Source: Naegleria gruberi
Lineage: Eukaryota
NCBI GenBank assembly: GCA_000004985.1
Contig: GG738852.1
Length of the DNA stretch: 64,000 bases
Direction: 5' to 3' (one strand)
Positions within the stretch are counted from its first letter, which is position 1. The number at the start of each line of letters is the position of its first letter. Position numbers and translations under genes: made by a program. The notes beneath the pieces were generated by a model. That model did not search any database. It was not told the origin of the DNA and saw nothing but the letters and a program-made list of their open reading frames with translations. This document shows positions 1 to 9,540 of the stretch, one piece after another.

Positions 1-2392
1 ATATCACAATCTGACAAAACTGTCCATGCTTCATTGAATAAACTCTGAGTAAGCTTTGGTAAAACAGATCTACTGACTGTTTTGTTTCAACAATGAATTA
101 TTATGGAGCAATGTTAAAAATTACAATCTAAAAGAAAAACTTACGTTGTGTAGCACCAATTTCTCCAATACCTATTCCTTCCAGGGTTGAGAATAACATC
201 TCCGTATTCATCTTGGTAACCATGGCTAACAATTTGCTTTGTTGATGCTTGAGACTACACACAGGTGCCAAAGCAATGAACATGTCCAATTTCTTTTGTA
301 ACTCTGGGAATAATGTCAAGGCAACAAACGCTTGTGTAGTTCCTTGAGAATGGCCAACATAGGATAATTTCTCTACTTGAGTGAACTTGAGTACGTATTT
401 AATTTGGGCTGGGAAATCAAATTTTGCCATTTCAGTAAATGAGAATTTCCAAAATTCCTTGTCTGTAAAGCTATTCCATGAAATGTGTTTTCTACTAAAT
501 TGAACGCCTCTATTATTTCCAAGCCAAACATCAAAACCTGCATCTGCGAGCATGAATGCAAAGCTATATTTTTGGCCTCCAATAAGCCAAGCAGAGCTAG
601 AATTGAAAACGCCATGTTGTAAGAATACTACAGGTCTCTTCTTTTTCTTTCTTCTTTCCAATTCGTCCTCTAATAAAATTTCATCCTTGAAAAGCATGAG
701 GGAATTCAAATTTCCATGAGGAATTCTGTGAATTTGCAACACGTATCCATCACTGGTAACGGTTTCGTGTTTTTCAATTGGATATCCTTGTTGTCTTACA
801 AAATCAAAAATTGATTCTTGCTCTTGGTCGTGAGACGTCAACTTAATTTTGTCTGATTTCTTATTTGGTTGTGACTCTTTAAATTTCTGTGGTGCACTCA
901 TAAGAATATCATGTGCAAGTTTGGTACTGTTATTTGGTGCTTGAATCAGTTCCCAGTCACTAAGGTTGCTTCTTTCATCTTCCATAATTAAGAGAGAATC
1001 TCTCAATTCCATTCCACTCAATCCATTGGATACTTCGTTTAATAGGGTCTTTTCTCGTTCACCTTTTTTAATTCTATCATCAACCTCAAGTAGGAGTGCA
1101 GTTGGCATGTGTTGATGAATAAGTTTACAAAAGTCTTTGTTTGACTCTCCATACTCTTCTCTTGCAGTTTGGTAGGCTACTCTTCCACTACCATCTCTCA
1201 ACTTGAGAACACGATCCAAAATTTCCAAACTCTTGTACTGATCGATGAGCATTCTACAAATTTCCGTATTGCCTGTTTGGGCACAGAGATGGAATGGGGT
1301 TCTTCCCTCCTTATCTGCATGGAGGAGCATGTCTATCATTTTATCCTCATCAACTAGTAAGAGCAAATGCGGCAATAACTCAATCGAACCAGATTTGACA
1401 CAAATGTGAAAAACATTTTCATTGAAAATGGTTGTCAAATAGAGGTCACTTCCAAGATCCACCAAAGTTTGAATAGTTTCTTGGGATGATTTTGCCAATA
1501 TGGCACAAAATAGTGGGGTATACTTTTCATCATTCAATTCGTCAATATTAATCTTCATTTCCATTTCCTTCTCAGGTTCCTTCTTTTTAAAGAGAGAAAG
1601 GAAGGATACTTTCTCTGGACTAGAAGGAATTACTTTTTTAATTTCATCAGTCCATGTGGCCATCTTGTCATAATAATATGACAAGTATTCTGATGAAATT
1701 GATTTTTTTTGTACAGATTCTTCCTTCTTGACAAGTGCATCTGAAACAGTTTCAAGAGTTGAAGCAGAAACCACTTCGACAGGCATAGCCACTTGTTTAA
1801 ACTTGAGAATATGATACTCATCCTTCAAGAGTGTTAAAATACATTGTATAATTTGATAATTTCCAGTTTTACAAGCCAAATGCAAAATGGTATCATTATT
1901 CCTCGATGTTTTGATGAGTAACATTTTACGAATAACAGAATCAGGAATATAATTATTTCCCTCTGTCAAATAATTGATCATTTCCAAATCTTGTCTCATC
2001 ACTGAAACGTGAATAATAGAACATTTTCCAAGTATTGTATAATTAATTTTCTTATTCGTTAATAACAATTGTAAAATTGATTTAAACGATTCACTATTAG
2101 TAGTTTCCTCTTTCAATGACTGATGCAATTTCCTCGAGAGTAAATCATCAAGCAATTTAATATTTCCCTGTTTTACAGCATTATTCAGAGTCATACCAAA
2201 TCGATGATCATCCTTGATATACTCATCTAATGCTGTTCCGATATTATTTACATCTTCCTCTCCTCCCAATAGAAGAGTTTCATCAGTCATTCTATCATCC
2301 TCATCAACTACCAATTCATCAGTAGTATTTGTTGTATTGGTGGTATTGTTATTAGTTCTTCTCCAAGAAGGGATCATTCTCTTAAAAAACAA
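1..2392 (-). CDS. Ankyrin-repeat + acid lipase (alpha/beta-hydrolase, LIPA/gastric-lipase family) fusion protein. Exon 1 is 145..2392, a 68-nt intron (GTAAGT...AACAG) spans 77..144, and exon 2 runs from 76 down past the window start (3' end of gene outside window).
   Basis: There is a 754-aa ORF with ATG at 2392. The N-terminal half has ankyrin-like repeats (TPLFCAILAKS.., GRTPFHLCAQTGNTEI..). The C-terminal half has the Abhydro_lipase region and the nucleophile elbow VGHSQGTTQAF, identical to human LIPA/LIPF. The ORF stops about 85 aa after the catalytic Ser, so Asp/His must lie downstream. A GTAAGT donor sits exactly at the ORF end (phase 1), and the frame reopens after AACAG at 77 and runs to position 1. 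Confidence 0.75.
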
Positions 2393-2518
2393 CCGCCACT
2401 ATTGTGGTGAGCAAGCAGTGTAGAAAGTTTTTTTGTTTGATGGCATGTTCATCATTTGAATGTTCAACCCAAAATAATTTTCAGTGTTTGATGATGTAAT
2501 ACAAATGAAAAAGAGAGT

Positions 2519-2577
2519 GGAGATCCCCGTACCTCTTCCATGCTAAAGAAGCGCTCTACCATGTGAGCTACATCCCC
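2519..2577 (-). pseudogene. tRNA-Ala(AGC)-derived pseudogene/fragment. Acceptor 5' half, D-arm, anticodon arm and variable loop are present, but the T-arm is deleted.
   Basis: The minus-strand read is GGGGATGTAGCTCACATGGTAGAGCGCTTCTTTAGCATGGAAGAGGTACGGGG|ATCTCCA. The D-arm is canonical. The anticodon loop is TTAGCAT (anticodon AGC). G3:U70 is preserved in the retained ATCTCC 3' strand. About 13 nt (T-loop plus 3' T-stem) are missing between CGGGG and ATCTCCA. Confidence 0.5.
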
Positions 2578-3217
2578 TTACATTCATTATGAAAAAACGC
2601 TGTTAATGAATGTTTCAGAAAATTGTTAAATAAAGGTTCTATCCTTGCACATCTATGGTAATTTTAGTCTCAGAATTTTTGCATTTGAGCCGTAAAGCGT
2701 TTTAAGGGTTTTAAAATTTCCATTTCTAATAAATTCGGCGACCATCACCCAAACTCAATCAAGTTGTGTAATCCATAATATTTCGAATAGATTCACACTC
2801 TATAATACATACACCTTGCCTCATACTTCCTCATCTTATCATATTTTACACAGTACATTCAATTCCAACCAACATGAATTAATCCAAACTAATCTTCCAT
2901 CACACCACAATTCTTACCTCAAATATTAATATTTCATTCCTTCGTACATTTATCCCAACACTGGTCCAGAAATGGATTTTCCCTCCACAATAAAAATCAA
3001 CCAACATCAAAACCCAGCAGTGGAATATTCTGCGCTTCTTTTTGCATCTGAAAAAAAACAAACAACAACACTTTGCATCCCCTCCAGATTATACTTCTCC
3101 CACCAACACAGAAAGGAGTAGTTCTCAACTCTTACCACACACAACAACAACAAGATTGATCCCTAAATTAATAATTTTAAAGAGTTTGTGATACAAAAAA
3201 AGTTTAGCAAGAAAATA

Positions 3218-5047
3218 ATGGGAAGAAAGAAAAAGCAGGTTACTCTAATTGATTTGGAGTGTTATACGTTTTGTTATGAATTGATTTATTCCGATAAGGA
3301 TACTAGGGATTGTTTCTTTGATTATTTGATAACCACTCATAATGAAGGTAAATAGTTTCGAATAGTATAATATTTATTTATCATACGAATTTATTCATTA
3401 ATAGAGGCCATTTACTTTATTCAAAAAGTACAACAATTTAAAAAGAAGGATTTGACCAATAACAAGAAGGCCAAACTTGCAATTGAAATATTTAATTGTT
3501 ATTTGAAAGATGGTGGAAAATACGAATTGAATTTATCATCAAAAGATAGACAACACATCAAGGAAGAGTACGAAAAGGTTGGACAGTTGGATAATTGCGA
3601 AACCTGTCTTCTTTCCGATAATATATTTACTGCTCTGGAGCAGCAAATTCACTTGAGTTTGAAAGAAGCTAATTTTCCACATTTCATCAAATCTCCTAAA
3701 TTCAGAGAGCTTGCCATGAAGCAAACAACAGATTTCCTGGATAAGATTGGTTTTAGAATGAATGCTAAAAAGATTGATATTATTCAAAGATTACTGGGTT
3801 CTTCATCATCTATAATTGCATCACCTTCAACACAAAGTTTGGCAAGTCTTGATGGTTCAATGGACTCTTTTAGATTGAGTGAAAGTCTCACAGGTCCAAT
3901 TATTGATCCAAATGCCTTCCTCAGAGGAGAATCATCAAATGGTTGGAAATTATTGGACAAACATTCACATATTACTGTGGAAGATTTCAGATTTATGGCA
4001 TGCAAGGTTTTCGAAAAGGATTCCAAAGCTCAAGACATGAGCAAATTCTTCCAAAATTTGGTTGGTGATCCATCTGCAGATAGCACATCAAGAAGACAAT
4101 CAGCTCCAAACTTGGCAAGTAAATCTGCATCCTATTCAGAGAGATCAATGTCTCTCTCAGTCAACAACTCTCCAAGTCTCCAACGATACAATAGCGAAAA
4201 TAATAATGTGAGAAAAATTTCAATAGATTCATCTAGTAATGTGACGGAATATTTTGAGGATATGTGGACAAAGAGTGAGAAGAAGACATCCAATTACACA
4301 CTGTATAGTTATGATTTGAAAACTTCAATGTTCGACGAGGCAGATACTGATGTTATGGAATCACTGAAAAATATTCACATATTCAAGACTGAAGTGGAAT
4401 ATCCTTACAATGTAGATTTTGTTGTGGAAACATTCGCCAGATCACAGTATAGAATTGATTTTGACAATATGTTGAAAGAATCATTTTCTCTCGATTTTAT
4501 GCACGTTCATCAACCTCCAAGTGAGGGTGAGGTTAGACGTGAGGAAGTTTCGAGTAGCATGTTACAAGAGGTTTGGCGATTTTCCTACTCACTTCTCAAT
4601 CTCAAAGATAGAAGTTTCATTGTCGAGTCGAGTCTCATGTACGATGAGCAGAATAGAGCTTATTTACTATTGAAAAAATCAGTAGATAATGTCATTATTG
4701 ATGATAGTGATTGTGTCAGAGGTCGTCTCTTGCAATTAATGGTATTTGAGAGAAAGGAGAAGGAAAAGACAATCATGACAGATTTTGTAGTTTTGGATAT
4801 GAAGGACAGTGTAAATAATATAATTTTTGAGAATTGTGTTGCCAAGAGAGCAAAAGAGTTTTACGATAAGGGAATGTCTGCTCTAAAAGCAAACATGGAA
4901 CTCATCAAACATAACTTCCCAACACCAAGCGATAGCGACCGTATTTTGGAAACACTTGTCAATAATAACAAGTGTGGATATTGTAAACTAGGATTCAAAC
5001 TGAGGACGAATAATAATTCTGATCTAGATGACCTGGACGATTTGTAA
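3218..5047 (+). CDS. RGS (regulator of G-protein signalling) domain protein with a long Ser/Asn-rich C-terminal region. Exon 1 is 3218..3347, a 57-nt intron (GTAAAT...TTAATAG) spans 3348..3404, and exon 2 is 3405..5047.
   Basis: Exon 1 reads MGRKKKQVTLIDLECYTFCYELIYSDKDTRDCFFDYLITTHNEG and splices in phase 1 to EAIYFIQKVQQFKKK...KLAIEIFNCYLKDGG...FTALEQQIHLSLKEANFPHFIKSPKFRE. This is the classic RGS box layout: a nine-helix bundle with conserved IY..FI, A..I...YL and F..A...I motifs. Confidence 0.75.
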
Positions 5048-5055
5048 AATAATAA

Positions 5056-6672
5056 TTAAAATAATTTATGATTAAGTGTACCATGACCGGTTTGATTTTG
5101 ACTTGGATTGAATCCTCTCACAATAGCATTCAAAACATAGAGTTTAGATCTACGTACAGCATCTTCCAATGTGGAGCCAAGAGCAAGATTGGATGCAATG
5201 GCAGCAGCTAAAGAACAGCCAGTACCGTGAGTATTGTTTGATTGAATGAAATTGGCGTGAAGAGAAACAAATCTGTCAGCCTCACTTTCATATAAAATAT
5301 CAACTGCATATTCTGAATTAATCAAGTGGCCTCCCTTAACAAGGACATTTCTAATACCAAATGTTTCTGAAATTGTCTTGGCAGCCTTCTTGGAAAGTTC
5401 AACTGTGGTAATCTTGAATGGTGAGTCAGTAAGCTCTAGAATTCTCTCAGCTTCTGGAATGTTTGGAGTGATGAGTGTGGCCATAGGGAAGAACTCTCTA
5501 ACAAGCGCATCTACAGCTTCATCCTTCAATAAATTATGCCCACTAGTTGAGACCATCACTGGATCAACAACTACCTTAATATTTGGATTCAATTCTCTAT
5601 AGTGTTTGAGTTTTTCAATGACAACTCTAATTAATTCAGAACTGTACAGCATTCCAGTTTTAACTGACACAATATTGATATCGCTCATGACAGAGTCTAT
5701 TTGTTTTGCCAAAAATTCTGCAGAAACAGGGAATACTCCTTGCACTCCCAAAGTATTTTGAGCAGTGAGGGCAGTAATAGCACTTGTGCCAAACAAGTGA
5801 TGAGCATGGAAAGTATTCAAATCGGCTTGAATACCAGCACCACCTCCAGAATCAGAACCAGCAATGGTCAATGCGGATTTTGGAGCTACAGGATTGAGAT
5901 TTTTCACTTGTCTACGTTCAATTTCCTCAACTGGCCACTCTTCCAAATAATAAGCAGAATCCCAAAATAAATATTCCATTTGACTTGCCATTTTCACATT
6001 TTCAAAACACTTTTCCTTTTCACTTTCTGATGCTGTTGGTGCATATGTATTAATAAATGCTGAAAATTGTTCAACTCCCTTCTTGAATTCATCAGAAGAG
6101 TACGACTTGATCCAATCAGCATATGGATGCGAATCTGTCAATAATACTTCTCCACTTTCATTCATCATCTTGTTGGTAATATATTGAGCAACTCTGTAAT
6201 AAATATAATAGCAAGGCAAACATGAACACAAGGTTTGTAAAAAAGTATCGGAATTAGCACTTGCCAACAAGAATGATGTATAGAGGAGGCATGATTTTGA
6301 AGCCTTTGCATCCTTCACCGAATCAATATTCCACTTTTTAAAGTATTCGTGATGTAAATTGGCAGCCTCTTCAAGTGCTCCTTTCGATTGCTCCAACAAG
6401 AATAAATATTGTGCCTCTCCATTCACTTCCTTCAACAAGTCAATTTTAGTTGCAGCCAACACAAAAATCTTACTAAATGTTTGCAAATAAATTGTATCTT
6501 GAATAATATAGAATCGGAAAATGTTTTGATTCAATGTTCCTTCCATCATTTCCCTAATAAATGGTAATCCTAAAATTCCGTGCATGATTTGATCCTCCAT
6601 CATGGAAATTAAAGCACCAGCCAATCCTTCAAAACATGCCGGATGAGAGAGTTGATGAGTATTGTTGGTCAT
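5056..6672 (-). CDS. Bifunctional thiaminase-II (TenA) / hydroxymethylpyrimidine-phosphate kinase (ThiD), with TenA N-terminal and ThiD C-terminal. Single exon.
   Basis: A 538-aa ORF. The N-terminal ~230 aa are TenA-like (GLAGALISMMEDQIMHGILGLPFIREMMEGTL..FRFYIIQDTIYL). The C-terminal half is ThiD (LTIAGSDSGGGAGIQADL, VVDPVMVSTSGHNLL, HGTGCSLAAAIAS). Confidence 0.85.
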   Translation of the reverse strand: MTNNTHQLSHPACFEGLAGALISMMEDQIMHGILGLPFIREMMEGTLNQNIFRFYIIQDTIYLQTFSKIFVLAATKIDLLKEVNGEAQYLFLLEQSKGALEEAANLHHEYFKKWNIDSVKDAKASKSCLLYTSFLLASANSDTFLQTLCSCLPCYYIYYRVAQYITNKMMNESGEVLLTDSHPYADWIKSYSSDEFKKGVEQFSAFINTYAPTASESEKEKCFENVKMASQMEYLFWDSAYYLEEWPVEEIERRQVKNLNPVAPKSALTIAGSDSGGGAGIQADLNTFHAHHLFGTSAITALTAQNTLGVQGVFPVSAEFLAKQIDSVMSDINIVSVKTGMLYSSELIRVVIEKLKHYRELNPNIKVVVDPVMVSTSGHNLLKDEAVDALVREFFPMATLITPNIPEAERILELTDSPFKITTVELSKKAAKTISETFGIRNVLVKGGHLINSEYAVDILYESEADRFVSLHANFIQSNNTHGTGCSLAAAIASNLALGSTLEDAVRRSKLYVLNAIVRGFNPSQNQTGHGTLNHKLF

Positions 6673-7656
6673 TTTTTTTTACTTATCTAATTCATTCTTT
6701 TTATTTCTTTCAAAGTGTTGTTGGAAATGGTGTTCACAACAAATCTGGGATGGCTCAAATAATAAAAAACACTAAAACACATATTGATTGAATGAAATTC
6801 AAGTGTTACAAGTTGAATGATTCAATTAGAATAGGTATTGCAAGTGTTACAGTATTGAATAAAAGTTACATTTAACAAATAATACTGTCATGTTTAGTCT
6901 AATCCATGTCAATATTGTTTGAGAAACAACGATATGAAGAGAATCACAGCACAGCCATGAGCTTGATGATTTACAGCATGATGTTTGGGAGCATGTATTG
7001 GATTGTTTCCATTAACAGTCAACTAATGTGGTGTATCAAGGGAATATATATAACTCTCAATCCAAATAGACTTGATATGCTTAATATTCTCAAATTTGAG
7101 AAATTGAATGTTAAATGCAATATATTCTTTACATAAAGTCCCTTTCATACCTCTGACATGTATTAATATGTTCCATTTTAAAAACTCTGCATTCATGTGT
7201 GAAAGTTGCTGATATTCACAAAAGTTAATGTGATCATCCAATTGTCACTCCACCATGGAAGATGTTTCTTGTTGATGTTGTTGATGAACCTCATCATGAT
7301 GGTGCTCTTCTGATGGCATTCGATGACCTCAACAAATATTACAGACATGCTGCAACATGTAATTCATCAATCGCATAACAAATTTATACCATTAATAGAT
7401 AGAGCTCCTCATGTACATTTATGAAAGCCTCTAATAAACTCCTCTTAAATCGCCAAATGATAATGGGCCGATTCATTAGTTCTCCTCCCTTAACGATTAT
7501 TATTAAATTATTAACAAATAATTCAACATGTGCGCATTGTATTATAACACGTGAATTCACATCACATGTGCTGATAAATGTTTATATATTTTTTCACTTG
7601 ATTCTAAAATCCATTAAGGCTTCAAGATGCAAATATTTTGTACGATTTTTACAAAA

Positions 7657-7736
7657 AATGATGTCCCTTATGGAAATATTGAAATAAATGGTCTTATTTG
7701 TGCTAAATAATGTGTCCTCTTATGGAAATATTGAAA
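7657..7736. repeat. Two imperfect 28-bp direct repeats, AATG(A)TGTCC(C/TC)TTATGGAAATATTGAAA, at 7657..7684 and 7709..7736, in an intergenic region.
   Basis: Seen directly in the sequence. They differ by about 3 substitutions and lie ~50 bp apart, between the TenA-ThiD start and the 3' end of the low-complexity gene. Confidence 0.6.
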
Positions 7737-7851
7737 CCCAATTATCGGCAGGTCAAGGATTTATTAAGCAGTAAGGACAAAAGCCAGTTTTGGATATTAA
7801 ATTTCGTTCATACCGAACTCATTCATGATCTCAATAACCACACAATAGAAT

Positions 7852-9133
7852 TTATAGCAATTCGCTTATAGAAATTCTGGTCCTGTTCGTCTTCGCTCTT
7901 TTTTCTTCCTTATTCGTCGAATTTTGATTTAATAAGGACTTGTCGAGTTCTGTTGGTTGAAGACATCTGTTAGAGGGTTCCGTATCTTTAGGGAGGTGCT
8001 GTGCATTGTCTTGAAGAGGATAAGTATTCGCCTGAACTGAATAATTATATTCTCGTTCTTGGATTTGAGTATTGGGATTGTGTATCGAATTATTATTGAC
8101 CTTCTCAGATGCAATTCTGCTTGAATCTTGGTTTGTTGGGTGGTGTGGAACCTTAACCTGTTGGTGGTGCTCTGACATTTTAGGATATGTGGTATTTGTT
8201 TGAGGGTTTGAAGACAATAAAGGAAATTGATTGCTGTTGTTTGAGGGGTTAGAGTTGATAATTGGAGGTATAGTGGGGCTACCTGTTGACTTGGAAAGCG
8301 CAATATTTGCTTTAGAACTACTGTTGGAGGAAGATGATGATGAGAATAATTTGTGCTTTGTACCTTCCAGTGAAACATGCAGGATTGAGATGCACCATCC
8401 TGACTATTTAACTTTTTACTAGAGGACCTACTTGGAAGATAGGTACTGTCTATGAAAGAATGGCTTTGAATTGGTGTAATGTGGTGATGCTGCTTATTTT
8501 GTTTTTGGTAATGAATCTGAGGAACTGGATCAGTGGTTGTAATTTGCAAGATTTGTTGTCTCTGTGGAGTGGAAAATGAATCTTGACTTGTGTTCAATGA
8601 TGGTGAATGTGCCAAAACTGTTTGGAGAGAAGGTTTCAATGAAGTTGAATCATATTGAATGTTGTGAAAGAGGAGAGGTTTGTTCTTTCTAATGGTTGAA
8701 ATATTACTATGATTATTAAGTTGTTGTATTGAGGTGTTATGTGGATGCTGATTAATTGAAGAAATCGTTGATTGTGTAGGTGCATTGTTGGAGTAGATCC
8801 ATATTGTTGAGATGTTTTGGAGGGTTTCTTAATTTTGTGAGTACTATTAAGTGGAATGTGAAACATGTCGTATTGATGTAGATTAGCAGTTGATATCGAT
8901 GGTAGTTGTGTTGGTGGTGATGCTGCTCCATGATGATGGACACTATGATTGTAAGGTGGAGGTGATAATCCAGGTATTAAACTTCTTGTCGTAATAGAGT
9001 TAGATGGGTTAGGAATCACAATAGAATTCTCTTCCTGATGATGGTGATTGTAATGTCCAAGTTCTTGATAAAAGTGAGTATTGTTTAGCTCTTCTTGTTG
9101 ATTTTCCATTGAATGACCCTGCTTGTTAACCAT
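7852..9133 (-). CDS. Low-complexity (S/T/H/Q/N/P-rich) protein gene whose reading frame is broken twice (three overlapping ORFs in three frames). Either a pseudogene, or there are sequencing frame errors or unresolved introns.
   Basis: The ATG at 9133 gives MVNKQGHSMENQQEELNNTHFYQELGHYNHHHQ... The frame closes at 8636 and continues in the +1 frame (8639..7929), then in another frame to 7852. I found no canonical GT...AG intron that restores the frame at the 8636-8639 junction. Confidence 0.35.
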
Positions 9134-9540
9134 CTTCGATTTCACTGGTCTTGTACAGCTGGTTGTGAAGTTTAATTGATTAAGGACTTGTTAAGCTCAG
9201 GTCTCAATGCGATGGTGTATTGTTTTTTTTGGTTGATATTGTTTGGAAAAACTTCATTGATTTGGAATTAAGATCCGTGAGAATGCCGGCGGCAAGTGCA
9301 ATAACTAATTTGTTAATTTGTTATTGTATTGAGTTAACCGGATGTCCAGTTTACCGAAAAAGACCTTATTAAGATCAAAAGGATAAGAAAGGGCTCACCA
9401 GCACGAATTGATGTTCTTTCGAGAGTTAAAACTGTTAAGAATCTAGATTAGTCAAAAAGTGTGACAATATTTAATGACGAAACTTATCACCCATGTCGCC
9501 TTAACGCAATTGTAAACAAATGGTAGTGCTTTGTATGAAC

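Noticed and set aside
2519-2577. An intact, functional tRNA-Ala gene
   Set aside because: The 3' half cannot form a T-stem. The sequence after CGGGG runs directly into the acceptor 3' strand, so it is called a pseudogene or fragment rather than a tRNA.
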